Assembly (NCBI GenBank): GCA_030649735.1
Contig: JAUSFL010000036.1
Coordinates: 64,001-128,000, forward strand
Origin: Candidatus Iainarchaeum sp.
GTDB taxonomy: Archaea > Iainarchaeota > Iainarchaeia > Iainarchaeales > UBA10191
Reading direction: 5' to 3'
Length of the DNA: 64,000 nt
Shown: one piece after another, positions 9,304-18,591 of the stretch
How positions within the stretch are numbered: position 1 is the first letter of the stretch
Layout of the letters: each line of letters starts with the position of its first letter
The notes under the pieces: model-generated
Seen by the model: the letters and a program-made list of their open reading frames with translations, nothing else
Told to the model about the DNA's origin: nothing
The model's database searches: none
Translations under genes and position numbers: made by a program

Positions 9304-10254
9304 ATGGACATTGGAAAAACAGTAAACCAGACTTTTTCATGGCTTAATCTTAAATCATTGAAAATAATCCTGGTTTGGATTGTTTTCTCACTTGTTAGTT
9401 TTGGATTGCTTTTTAGCCTTGGCTTGAATTTTATAACCGAACTATTTGCTTTAATGACTCCGCAATCAATCAGTAACCCGCAGTTAATAATCCAAGTAAT
9501 CATTAACGCGGCAGTGCAAATATTTGCGTTAATCTTGGCTTTAGGAATAATTTCCATGCTCTTGAGCGCTTATACCATAAGTCATGCCTTGAAGTCTTTG
9601 GGAAGCAAGACAAGCAATTTTAGCATAATGAAAGTAATAAGGATAATTGCGGCAATACTTCTGATATTTTTGGGTCTTGGAATTGCTTTTCTAATTGGAA
9701 TTATATTGGTTTTAATTCTTGGGGCATTAGGGCTTTCAGCAATGCTTTTGGCAATAGTTATTACAATAATCCTCATATTTGCCAGTATTGCATTACTCTA
9801 CATACTTGTCAGGCTTACTGTTTTTGAGCAAGTTGTTATTGACTCTGAAGCAGGCGTGATTGAATCATTAAAAACAAGCTGGGATTTGACTAATGGAAAA
9901 TTCTGGCAAATCGTAGCAAACGCATTAGTTGCAGGAATTATTACATTAATTGCATTTTTTGTAATTTCAACAATTGTTCAAATTGCAACTCAACCAATGA
10001 TCAGCTCTGCACTTAGCCCAATAATTGATGAAAAAGTGGCACAAATAACTCCGCTGCTTGAAAGCCTTCCAAAAAACCCGTCTCTAGCAACTGGAACTTA
10101 CCCGGGCTATATAAAAACACAAGTTATCAACGGAATAAACGGGTATTTTGCAAACTCATTGGTTTCATTCTTTAGCATTTTGTGCTCTGCTTTCCTTTCA
10201 GCAAGCATTTACCTGCAGCTGAAAAGCGAAGCGCCAAAAAAAACCAAAGCCTAA
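9304..10254 (+). CDS. Polytopic membrane protein (GDPD membrane-domain-like)
   Basis: Multiple TM helices; GVIESLKTSWDLTNGKFW motif. Confidence 0.7.
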   Translation: MDIGKTVNQTFSWLNLKSLKIILVWIVFSLVSFGLLFSLGLNFITELFALMTPQSISNPQLIIQVIINAAVQIFALILALGIISMLLSAYTISHALKSLGSKTSNFSIMKVIRIIAAILLIFLGLGIAFLIGIILVLILGALGLSAMLLAIVITIILIFASIALLYILVRLTVFEQVVIDSEAGVIESLKTSWDLTNGKFWQIVANALVAGIITLIAFFVISTIVQIATQPMISSALSPIIDEKVAQITPLLESLPKNPSLATGTYPGYIKTQVINGINGYFANSLVSFFSILCSAFLSASIYLQLKSEAPKKTKA

Positions 10255-10313
10255 TTTTAGTTTTCCAAGCTTGAAACAATCCTTTTTTATCCATTACCAG
10301 CAACTTTTAGTTT

Positions 10314-11417
10314 ATGGCAAACTTTGTTTTGGGAAAAGTCAAGGGAATAAGCATTGAATTGCACCCAACATTCCTGCTGCTCATAATTGCAATTTTCGGT
10401 TTTTTGCTGGTTTTTGACGCAAAAAGCCTTGCTTCAACAATGCTTTTGCTTGCGTTCCTTTTCATTTCAGTCTTATTGCATGAGCTAAGCCATTCCCTAG
10501 TGGCATTAAGCAAGGGCTTCAAGATAAAATCAATCACTTTGCTTCCGATTGGCGGAGTCGCACAGGCTGAAGAACTGCCTGAAAAGCCAAAGGACGAATT
10601 ATTGATTGCAATTGCAGGGCCTTTCTTCAACTTTGCAATGGTTTTTGGAATTCTTGCAATAGGATACGCGTTAATTCCGCAGGCAAAACTGCTTCCATCA
10701 CTCGAGCTATTGCAAAATCCTGACAATCTTGGATTATTGATTGAAAAATTCCCGCTGTTCGCTTTGCTTTGGGTTAACTTGCTTTTGGGATCATTCAATC
10801 TTTTCGTGCCTGCATTGCCAATGGACGGCGGCAGAGTATTAAGGTCTTTACTGGCTTTCAGAATGCCTTTTGAGAAAGCAACAGGCATTGCAACAAAAAT
10901 AAGCAGTTTCATTGCTTTGATAATGGCAATTTTTGGAATTCTTTCCGGGGACTTTTGGCTGATTTTGATTGCCGCTTTTGTCTGGATTGGCGCAATGTCT
11001 GAAATGCAGTCAGTCAGCATCAAACAAACACTGCGGCCAGTGCATTTTGAAAAAATCATCAGCCAAAAGCCAAAGGCATTCTCTGGGCTTTTGAATTTGG
11101 AAGACGCTTTTGAAAAAATGCAGGAAAAAAACCAGGTTGAATCCTTGGTTGAGTTAGAGAAAGGATTTGGCTTTGTAAGCATTGAATTAATGTCAAGCGT
11201 CAAGCGCGCGAGCTGGTTTGAAACCAGGCTTTCAGACATTGCAGTGAAAATTCCCGCAGTCTTGGCAAGCACTCCGGCAGACAAGATTCTGCAGACAATG
11301 AACCAGTCTGGAATCCCATTCATTGAACTTGTGAAAAACCACGAGTTTGCGGGAATTGTCTCAGAAAAAGACCTCACAAAGCTTTACAGGCTTCAAAAAG
11401 CAGAGAACGCCCCATAA
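10314..11417 (+). CDS. Site-2 protease (M50) with CBS domains
   Basis: LHELSH, IAIAGP, NLFVPALPMDGGR, C-terminal CBS-like GIVSEKDL. Confidence 0.92.
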   Translation: MANFVLGKVKGISIELHPTFLLLIIAIFGFLLVFDAKSLASTMLLLAFLFISVLLHELSHSLVALSKGFKIKSITLLPIGGVAQAEELPEKPKDELLIAIAGPFFNFAMVFGILAIGYALIPQAKLLPSLELLQNPDNLGLLIEKFPLFALLWVNLLLGSFNLFVPALPMDGGRVLRSLLAFRMPFEKATGIATKISSFIALIMAIFGILSGDFWLILIAAFVWIGAMSEMQSVSIKQTLRPVHFEKIISQKPKAFSGLLNLEDAFEKMQEKNQVESLVELEKGFGFVSIELMSSVKRASWFETRLSDIAVKIPAVLASTPADKILQTMNQSGIPFIELVKNHEFAGIVSEKDLTKLYRLQKAENAP

Positions 11418-11435
11418 TGCTTGAGGGTGCAAATT

Positions 11436-12689
11436 TTATTTTTTTTCAGTGCAATATTTCCCGCACATGGAACAGCCTTCAGAAATCTCGGGATTGCTCT
11501 TGCATTCTTCCTTCAATAATTTTCTAAAATTGACTGGATCCAAAGAATAATCAGCCATTGCTTCCCAATCAAGCCTTGAACGTGCTTCAGACATTAATTT
11601 ATCGCGTTGTTTGGATGATTGCCTTCCTTTCGCAATGTCTGCAATGTGGGCTGCAATTCTCATTACAATAACTCCATCCCTGACGTCTGAAACATCGGGC
11701 AAACTAATGTGCTCTTTTGGCGTGACATAACACAGGAAGTCTGCCCCATGCATTCCTGCCAAAGCCCCGCCAATCGCACAGGTCACATGATCATAACCCG
11801 CTGCAATGTCTGTCGGCAGCGGGCCCAAAACATAAAAAGGGGCATTTTTGCAAATTTCTTTTTCTAATCTAACATTTTTCTCTATTTCATTCAATGGAAT
11901 GTGCCCTGGGCCTTCAATCATTACCTGAACTTGTTTTTCCCTGCATCTTGCCGCAAGCTCTCCCAAAACTTTCAATTCATGCAGTTGTGCTTCATCAGTC
12001 GCATCTTCAATGCATCCTGGCCTTAAGCCATCGCCCAAACTTATTGTAACGTCATATTTTTTGGCTATCTTTAGAATTTCATCAAATCCTTCATACAAAA
12101 AAGATTGCTTGTTGTGCTTTCTCATCCAATTTACTAGAAAAGTCCCGCCCCTGCTTACTGTGGGCATTACTCTTTTTTCAAGCAGCGATATTGCTTCTTT
12201 GGTGACTCCAGCATGAACTGTTGCGAAATCAACTCCATCTCTTGCATGTTTTTCAAAAACTTCTAAATATTTGTCCAATGTTAAATTTTCTGGACCGCCA
12301 GCTTCGATAACTGCCTGGTAGATTGGGACAGTCCCTACTGGAACAGCAGATTTTTCCATTAACCTTTTTCTAATCTCGTCAACATTGCCGCCCAAGCTCA
12401 AATCCATTACTGTGTCAGCTCCAGCACTGATTGCAGCGCTTAATTTTTCTAATTCAGTTTCCAAATTTGACTTTATTGGAGAAGTTCCGATATTTGCATT
12501 AACCTTTGTTTTAAGCCCATAACCGATTCCAACAGGCTTTAGGTGTTTGTGATTGATATTTGCGGGAATAACAGCCAGCCCTTCAGCCACGCGCTTCCTT
12601 AAAAGATTGGCATCAATTTCTTCTTGTTCGGCAACATACTTCATTTCTTTTGTAATTTCATTATTTGCCGCTTTTTCCAATTGAGTCAT
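11436..12689 (-). CDS. thiC: Phosphomethylpyrimidine synthase ThiC (ThiC/Bza family)
   Basis: KVNANIGTS, GADTVMDLS, GTVPIYQ, SRGG, GDGLRPG, EGPGH, GYDH, CYVTPKEH, C-terminal CSMCGKYC. Confidence 0.9.
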   Translation of the reverse strand: MTQLEKAANNEITKEMKYVAEQEEIDANLLRKRVAEGLAVIPANINHKHLKPVGIGYGLKTKVNANIGTSPIKSNLETELEKLSAAISAGADTVMDLSLGGNVDEIRKRLMEKSAVPVGTVPIYQAVIEAGGPENLTLDKYLEVFEKHARDGVDFATVHAGVTKEAISLLEKRVMPTVSRGGTFLVNWMRKHNKQSFLYEGFDEILKIAKKYDVTISLGDGLRPGCIEDATDEAQLHELKVLGELAARCREKQVQVMIEGPGHIPLNEIEKNVRLEKEICKNAPFYVLGPLPTDIAAGYDHVTCAIGGALAGMHGADFLCYVTPKEHISLPDVSDVRDGVIVMRIAAHIADIAKGRQSSKQRDKLMSEARSRLDWEAMADYSLDPVNFRKLLKEECKSNPEISEGCSMCGKYCTEKK

Positions 12690-12732
12690 TCAACACACCA
12701 CCCACACATGCTATAAGCGTTGTCACCTAAAA

Positions 12733-13536
12733 CTATACATGCCTTATTTTACATTCAACGCACTTTTCAAGGTATTTGCCGCTTAATGTCTGGCTTTCTA
12801 TCTGTTCAGCATCCCAGCAATCATGAGAATCCATAAACAAGTGTTTTACAATCAATGGAAATCCAAACCTCGCCGCGATTTCGCGGCATTTCTGAATGTC
12901 TGGAACAGGACAGTCCCCGGAAATATCCCCAATCCTTCTTAATGGCATAAGGTCTTTTCTGGAAGTATCCACTACAGTTAATCTAATCTCGGGAAAATGC
13001 TTTCTTTTTTCCCTTTCCTCAGATAATGCCTGCAAAAAACCCATTAAAGTATTGAAAGCGCCAGGAATTCTTGGCTGGCAAATTTTCAAATATTTTTCCT
13101 CAGATTCGGCATTCAAGCTAATGCTTAATGAATCAATGCTTTCAAGAAAGGACAGGTTTTTATTGGATTTCCACCAGAGGCCTGAAGTGTCTGCCCTTAC
13201 AGGGACATTTTTTCCAAATAATCGCTTGCAGTGCTTTGCAATCTTGATTAGCTCGCGATAATGCAAAAATGGCTCTCCAATGCCGCAGATTACAACCTCT
13301 GAAATGTTTGCGCATTTATTCTTGATTGACTCCAAGCCATCCAAAATTGGCTTTTCTGAATACTCTTTTCCAAGCTCATATCCAAAGAATTTCCCGAATC
13401 GTTTCACGCAGAACCTGCAGTCATTCAGGCAGGCAGCCCCAAAATTCACGTAAACTGATCCGGGCTTGCATGGCAGGGTATAAACGTGCTGTTCCATTTT
13501 ATTTTTACCAATATTATCTTCGGGCATAAGTAACAT
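12733..13536 (-). CDS. Radical SAM protein, TatD-associated-like family
   Basis: VYVNF..CLNDCRFC, CGIGEP, RADTSG, SISLNA; extra C-terminal CVEC. Start uncertain. Confidence 0.8.
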   Translation of the reverse strand: MLLMPEDNIGKNKMEQHVYTLPCKPGSVYVNFGAACLNDCRFCVKRFGKFFGYELGKEYSEKPILDGLESIKNKCANISEVVICGIGEPFLHYRELIKIAKHCKRLFGKNVPVRADTSGLWWKSNKNLSFLESIDSLSISLNAESEEKYLKICQPRIPGAFNTLMGFLQALSEEREKRKHFPEIRLTVVDTSRKDLMPLRRIGDISGDCPVPDIQKCREIAARFGFPLIVKHLFMDSHDCWDAEQIESQTLSGKYLEKCVECKIRHV

Positions 13537-13623
13537 TCAGGCTGGAAAGTATTTATGGTTTATATCCCTCTAAGTGAGGTGCAATTGGAAAGAATTATAT
13601 GCTTATAACTCCTTTCTTTAGCC

Positions 13624-14370
13624 ATGAATGAGCAATTATTGGAAGAAATAGGGTTTACAAAGGGGGAAATAAAAGTGTATTTTGCTCTTTTGAGGCTTGG
13701 CGAAACCACTACAGGCAGGATAATTGAGAAAGCCCAGATTTCAAGCGGAAAAATTTATGAAATATTGGAAAAGCTCATGAAAAAAGGGTTGGTGAGCTGC
13801 ACAATCATGGAGAAAACAAAGTATTTCAGCGCCGCTTCCCCAAACAGGATATTGGATTACTTGCATGAAAAAGAGAAGAACCTCGAAGAAAAAAAGCGGG
13901 AAATCCTGAAAGAATTGCCATCACTGCTGGCAATCAGAAAAGCAATGAAAAAAGAGCATGAAACAAACCTGTTCAAGGGATTCAAAGGAATGCAAACAGC
14001 AATATTTGAAGCGTTGGAAGATTTGAGTGAAAAAGACGAGATTCTCGCCACTGGAATAATATCCCATAAAAAGGAAAAATACAATCTCTTATGGCAAAAA
14101 TGGCATAAGGAAAGAATAAGCAAAAAAATCATTTGCAGGGCAATCTTTTCCGACAAGTCCAGCAATTATTTTAAAGGATTCAATAAAATGAAATTCACAG
14201 AAGTCCGAGTATTGCGGGGAATCACGCCGTCAGCAATCGATGTAATGAATGATAAAGTCTTGATTTTCACGTATGGGGAAGAGCCATCCTGCCTCTCCAT
14301 TAAAAACCCAGAAATCGCGCAATCGTTCAAGACTTTCTTTGAAACAATGTGGAAAACAGCAAAAGAATGA
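13624..14370 (+). CDS. TrmB-family transcriptional regulator
   Basis: GFTKGEIKVYFALL...KIYEILEKLMKKGLV winged HTH plus C-terminal effector domain ending FKTFFETMWK. Confidence 0.88.
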   Translation: MNEQLLEEIGFTKGEIKVYFALLRLGETTTGRIIEKAQISSGKIYEILEKLMKKGLVSCTIMEKTKYFSAASPNRILDYLHEKEKNLEEKKREILKELPSLLAIRKAMKKEHETNLFKGFKGMQTAIFEALEDLSEKDEILATGIISHKKEKYNLLWQKWHKERISKKIICRAIFSDKSSNYFKGFNKMKFTEVRVLRGITPSAIDVMNDKVLIFTYGEEPSCLSIKNPEIAQSFKTFFETMWKTAKE

Positions 14371-14447
14371 GTTTAAAACCAGTATAAAAACTAAAGCACG
14401 GAAAAAAAGACACTATTTAAATAGAAAATTTTTAACAAAAGTATTAT

Positions 14448-14530
14448 GCGGGGATGGCAGAGTGGTCTAATGCAACAGTCTCGAAAACTGTGTCCGCAAG
14501 GACTCGTCGGTTCAAATCCGGCTCCCCGCG
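14448..14530 (+). tRNA. tRNA-Ser(CGA)
   Basis: GCGGGGA...ACAGT CT CGA AA ACTGT, long variable arm GTCCGCAAGGAC, TTCAAAT loop, TCCCCGC G. TATA-like TTTAAATA about 30 nt upstream. Confidence 0.95.
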
Positions 14531-14585
14531 TGCCCGTCACGCCCAGGCAGCGTGCGCGAACGTCGAGCCATTTTCAATGGCTCAT
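14531..14585 (+). ncRNA. Putative structured tRNA-trailer element, copy B
   Basis: Lies directly 3' of tRNA-Ser; homologous to 474-531 with covarying helices. Confidence 0.6.
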
Positions 14586-14590
14586 TAATT

Positions 14591-14971
14591 CTACTTTTTT
14601 TGCGCAGTGTCTTCCTTCATTATCATTTTAACAATCAAGAAGACAACTAAAGCGATTATTGCAAAGTCTATTACTGCGCCGACAAAATCGCCAATCAAGA
14701 ATTTCACAGGGCCTAACTGAAGTATTGAAGCTCTCCAGTCTCCGCCGGGAACCAGCACTGCAATTAATGGCATTATCAAATCAGTCACTATTGCGGTGAT
14801 AAGCTTTGTTGACGCCACGCCAATAACAAAAGCAACAGCAAGAGCCAAAACCTGGTATTTTTTCAAGAACTTCTTGAAATCTGAAATGAAACCTTTTCCC
14901 GCATTCCGGACTTTAAGCAATTCTTCAGCTTTCAGTTTTTCTCTCAATAGATTACTTCCTAATTTGGCCAA
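14591..14971 (-). CDS. mscL: Large-conductance mechanosensitive channel MscL
   Basis: FKKFL...LALAVAFVIG...LITAIVTDLIMPLI...GDFVGAVIDFAIIA. Confidence 0.9.
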   Translation of the reverse strand: MAKLGSNLLREKLKAEELLKVRNAGKGFISDFKKFLKKYQVLALAVAFVIGVASTKLITAIVTDLIMPLIAVLVPGGDWRASILQLGPVKFLIGDFVGAVIDFAIIALVVFLIVKMIMKEDTAQKK

Positions 14972-15051
14972 TAAAACCAGCCCCTTGCAATTGAATGAAA
15001 CAGCCAGAGTTAAAAAAGCTTTTCACCAAAAAACCTACTTAGTGATGTAAA

Positions 15052-15498
15052 ATGAGTGACTGCCTTTTTTGCAAAATAGTGAAGGGAGAAATTCCAAGCG
15101 AGAAAATCTGGGAAGATTCAAAGCACTTGGCTATTTTGGACATTTTTCCAAACACCAAGGGAATGACTTTGGTTTTGACAAAAAAGCATTTTGACAGTTA
15201 CGCTTTCGACATGCCTGCAGAAGAAATGGCGGAATTTTTCAAGGCAGCGCAAAAAGTCGCGAAAATCCTTGACAAAAAGCTCAAAGTGCAAAGGACAGCG
15301 CTCGTAATGGAAGGACTGGGAATCAATCACGCGCACTTGAAGCTTTACCCAATTTACGGGCTTGATGAAAAATTCAAGGAAACATGGGCTTCAGAAAAAA
15401 GATTCTTCAGCCATTATGAAGGATACATTAGCACCCAGCTTGGCCCAAAGGCTGACGAAAAAAAGCTTAAAGCGCTTGCTGAACAGCTGAAAGAGTGA
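15052..15498 (+). CDS. HIT-family protein with variant triad
   Basis: CLFCKIVKGEIP, LDIFP, HAHLKLYP. Confidence 0.85.
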   Translation: MSDCLFCKIVKGEIPSEKIWEDSKHLAILDIFPNTKGMTLVLTKKHFDSYAFDMPAEEMAEFFKAAQKVAKILDKKLKVQRTALVMEGLGINHAHLKLYPIYGLDEKFKETWASEKRFFSHYEGYISTQLGPKADEKKLKALAEQLKE

Positions 15499-15923
15499 AA
15501 GTGAAAAGAATGAAGCACGAATGCAGTTTTTGTAGGATTGTTGAAGGAAAAATCCCTTCTTTCAAGATTGCGGAAAACGAGCGAGCGCTTGCGTTCCTTG
15601 ACATTGCGCCAACAGCCAAGGGAACAGCGCTTGTAATTCCAAAATTCCACGCAAACGACATTTTTGGAGTCACTGAAAAAGACATTGAGGCTATTGGATT
15701 GCTTATTAAACAAGTTTCTGAAAAAATGAGAAAGAATTTAAACGCTAACGGAGTAAATATTCTGAACGCTTCAGGAAAGGCAGCACAGCAAAGCGTTTAC
15801 CACCTGCACTTTCACTTGATTCCAAGGTTTGAAAATGACGGCTTGAACGCGTGGCCTTTCAAGAAAACACTGAAGCTTTCACAGAAAGAATTCGAAAAAA
15901 TAGCGCAAAAATTGAAAGAGTGA
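15495..15923 (+). CDS. HIT-family nucleotide hydrolase
   Basis: CSFCRIVEGKIP, FLDIAP, QSVYHLHFHLIPR. Confidence 0.92.
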   Translation: MKVKRMKHECSFCRIVEGKIPSFKIAENERALAFLDIAPTAKGTALVIPKFHANDIFGVTEKDIEAIGLLIKQVSEKMRKNLNANGVNILNASGKAAQQSVYHLHFHLIPRFENDGLNAWPFKKTLKLSQKEFEKIAQKLKE

Positions 15924-15928
15924 AAAAA

Positions 15929-16597
15929 ATGAGTGAAAATTTTGCAAGATTATTGCTTTACACAGACCAGGAAGTTTTTGCCGAAAAAAACTCTGGGAAA
16001 ATCAGGCTTTTGGAGACAGAATTCAATGACGAGGAAATTCCTGAAGAAGCCCTTGCAAAAAAAGCCCAAGAAGTTTGGGGCGTAAGGCCGGAAAACCTGA
16101 AATTATTGTGCGTTCTGCCAAAAGCAAACAGCGAATTTGTCCACTATTATGCCAGCAGGGACTGGAACGGAAGCTTTGAAAACTGCCAAGTTGAAGAAAT
16201 AGTCACTGTAGACTTCAAGGAAATGACGGAATTTGCAGAAAAAAATGACATTCTTGCAGCGCAAGTCCTGGAAAAAATCGTTTTAGGAAAAGACTTCAAA
16301 AAGCCTTCAACAATTGCTGCATCGCAAGCGCAAAGGCCAATTAACGACGACTTTGAAATCATCAGGCCAAAACAGCAAAAAACCGAAGCGCATGTTCCTG
16401 AAAGCACTTCAGACTTTGAAATAATCCGCGCAGTGCCTAAAGGAATGGGCCGCAAGCAGCAGGAATCAACGCGTGAAGGAATAGACTTTGAGTTTTTGAG
16501 CCGCGGCGGAAAAAAGACAGAGCCCGGCCAAAAATCAAATTTCTTGGAGCCCCCAACCAAAACCAAGAAAGTGCAAAAAAGCGTTTTCGCCCCGTAA
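15929..16597 (+). CDS. Hypothetical protein (possible degenerate NUDIX fold plus low-complexity tail)
   Basis: ATG at 15929 after the HIT stop; EIPEEALAKKAQEVWGV resembles a decayed Nudix box; three DFE motifs in the tail. Confidence 0.5.
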   Translation: MSENFARLLLYTDQEVFAEKNSGKIRLLETEFNDEEIPEEALAKKAQEVWGVRPENLKLLCVLPKANSEFVHYYASRDWNGSFENCQVEEIVTVDFKEMTEFAEKNDILAAQVLEKIVLGKDFKKPSTIAASQAQRPINDDFEIIRPKQQKTEAHVPESTSDFEIIRAVPKGMGRKQQESTREGIDFEFLSRGGKKTEPGQKSNFLEPPTKTKKVQKSVFAP

Positions 16598-16623
16598 TTT
16601 TTAATTTTTATGAAGTGGTTTGG

Positions 16624-17637
16624 ATGATTATAGTTTTAGGCAAGGCCAGCGAAAAGCAAGTCCAGCAAATTCTTGACAAAATCAAGGAGAAAGGCTTCAA
16701 GCCGCACGTCATTCAAGGAAGCCAAAAAACAGTCATTGCAGTCATTGGAAACAATGCAGCCGCATTCATTGAAGAATTCAGGCAAATGCCAGGCGTTGAA
16801 AGCGTTGCGCAAGTCAGCGCCGCATTCAAGCTCGCGTCCAAAGAAACGCACCACGAAAAAACCAGCATTAAAGTCGGCAGCGAAGTTTTTGGGAAAGGAA
16901 ACATTGGAATTATTGCAGGGCCTTGCGGAGTAGAGTCTGAAGAGCAAACTTTAAACACTGCAAAAGCATTGCAGCCTTTAGGAGTGAAGTTTTTCCGCGC
17001 CAGCATTTTCAAGCCGCGCACTTCCCCTTACGACTTTCAAGGAATTGGGCTGAAAGGACTGGAAATTCTTGAAAAAGTCCGTTCACAGTATGGAATGGCA
17101 ATAGAAACTGAAGTAATGGACGTTCGGGATGTAAAGCCAGTCAGTGAAGTTGTAGACTGCCTGCGTATTGGCGCGCGCAACATGCAAAACTTTGACCTTT
17201 TAAAGGAAGTTGGAAGGCAGGAAAAGCCAGTAATCCTAAAGCGCGGCCTTAGCGCGACAATTAAAGAATGGCTAATGGCTGCAGAATACATCCTAAGCGA
17301 AGGCAACAATAAAGTCATTTTGTGCGAGCGCGGCATTCGAACTTTCGAAACTGAAGCCAGAAACACTGCAGACATTTCTGCAATTCCTTTAGTGCATTTA
17401 ATGAGCCACTTGCCAGTAATTTTCGACCCAAACCATTCAACAGGCCGCAAGGACTTGATTCTGCCTTTAAGCAAGGCAGCAATTGCGGCAGGAGCCGACG
17501 GATTGCTTGTTGAAGTGCACGAGCATCCAGAAAAAGCTCTTTCTGATGCAAAGCAGCAATTCACTCCAAAAGAATTCGCGCAGTTTTTGCAGGAAATTCG
17601 CCCAATAGCAAAGGCAGTTGGAAAAACAATAATTTGA
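16624..17637 (+). CDS. aroF: DAHP synthase, type I-beta with N-terminal ACT-like domain
   Basis: IAGPCGVES, FKPRTSPYDFQG, IGARNMQNF, LKRG, CERGIRTFE, EVH...ALSD. Confidence 0.93.
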   Translation: MIIVLGKASEKQVQQILDKIKEKGFKPHVIQGSQKTVIAVIGNNAAAFIEEFRQMPGVESVAQVSAAFKLASKETHHEKTSIKVGSEVFGKGNIGIIAGPCGVESEEQTLNTAKALQPLGVKFFRASIFKPRTSPYDFQGIGLKGLEILEKVRSQYGMAIETEVMDVRDVKPVSEVVDCLRIGARNMQNFDLLKEVGRQEKPVILKRGLSATIKEWLMAAEYILSEGNNKVILCERGIRTFETEARNTADISAIPLVHLMSHLPVIFDPNHSTGRKDLILPLSKAAIAAGADGLLVEVHEHPEKALSDAKQQFTPKEFAQFLQEIRPIAKAVGKTII

Positions 17638-17648
17638 AGGAAACTGCA

Positions 17649-18431
17649 ATGCCAAAAAAGCCAGCAAAAATTGCAAAGCCAATCCAACAACAGCCTAAAA
17701 AACGGTTTTTCAAAAGGGCTTTAGTGACTGGCGGAGTGATTGCTGGATTGACGCTTGGCGGAATTACAGCACTAAAAAATTCAGCATTGCGGGAAAAGAT
17801 TGAATTCAAAAGAGCAGAGATTTCCGCAATTCGGGCTGAAAAAAAAGGCCAATTTTCAATCGGCTTTTGGGCAAATTCAAAAAAGCCAGAACAGCTTTCA
17901 AAGACAGTGAATTACGCGCTTGGCTTTTTGCAAAAGGAATTGCCTGCAGAACTGAATGGAAAAAAAGTAAGCGTTTACCTTGTGAACGAGCTTCCAAAGA
18001 CAGGATTTACTGAATCTTACGATTTGGCGCTCGCTAAAGCTAAAACTCCAAAAAGATTTGTCGACACTCCGGTTAATTTTGTTCCTGGAGAAACTCCCGC
18101 ATTTAATGTCCACTTGAACTTGCAAGAGGTTACAAACTCACTGGGCAAGCTTGCAAGCGTTGAAAGAATCAATGCAAGAAGCTTTGGGCTAATCTTCAAC
18201 CAAGTTGCCGGAACCGCAATTATTTTTGAAAAAAACAGGAGCATAATTGACCGAAGATATGCCACAACTTCAGAAATGCGCCATGAATTGGAATTAAAGA
18301 CTTTTGAGAAAGGAATTGGGGCTCTTTCAAGATTCGCGCAAAACAGGCCAAAAAATTCCCGATTCAGGCAAAACCTTGAACTAGAGGTAAAATTCCAGCA
18401 AGGGCTTCTTGAAAGCTGGAAGCGTTTTTAA
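17649..18431 (+). CDS. Hypothetical protein with basic N-terminus and one hydrophobic segment
   Basis: MPKKPAK...KKRFFKRALVTGGVIAGLTLGG. The track starts at TTG 17634. Confidence 0.6.
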   Translation: MPKKPAKIAKPIQQQPKKRFFKRALVTGGVIAGLTLGGITALKNSALREKIEFKRAEISAIRAEKKGQFSIGFWANSKKPEQLSKTVNYALGFLQKELPAELNGKKVSVYLVNELPKTGFTESYDLALAKAKTPKRFVDTPVNFVPGETPAFNVHLNLQEVTNSLGKLASVERINARSFGLIFNQVAGTAIIFEKNRSIIDRRYATTSEMRHELELKTFEKGIGALSRFAQNRPKNSRFRQNLELEVKFQQGLLESWKRF

Positions 18432-18461
18432 CTATTTTCCAAAACAAGTTCTAAAACAAGC

Positions 18462-18532
18462 GCAGCCGTAGTGTAGCGGTAGCATCCGACCTTCCCAAGG
18501 TCGTAGCCCGAGTTCGAATCCCGGCGGCTGCA
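18462..18532 (+). tRNA. tRNA-Gly(CCC)
   Basis: GCAGCCG...CGACC TT CCC AA GGTCG...CCGAG TTCGAAT CCCGG CGGCTGC A. One A-C mismatch in the T-stem. Confidence 0.93.
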
Positions 18533-18591
18533 TTTGAGAAAATAGCAGTAGATTCTTATACTACCTCCAACTTTTTGTTTGCTGGTTATAG

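Noticed and set aside
10307-11377. Long antisense ORFs (e.g. 10307-11377, 50994-51788, 46393-47025, 53464-54180)
   Set aside because: Shadows of well-supported genes on the opposite strand, with no motifs of their own.
13567-13579. CCTC-N5-GAGG palindrome as a TrmB operator
   Set aside because: Only 4-bp arms and a single copy; insufficient support.
12690-13623. TPP riboswitch upstream of thiC
   Set aside because: No CUGAGA/ACCUG core found in either intergenic gap.
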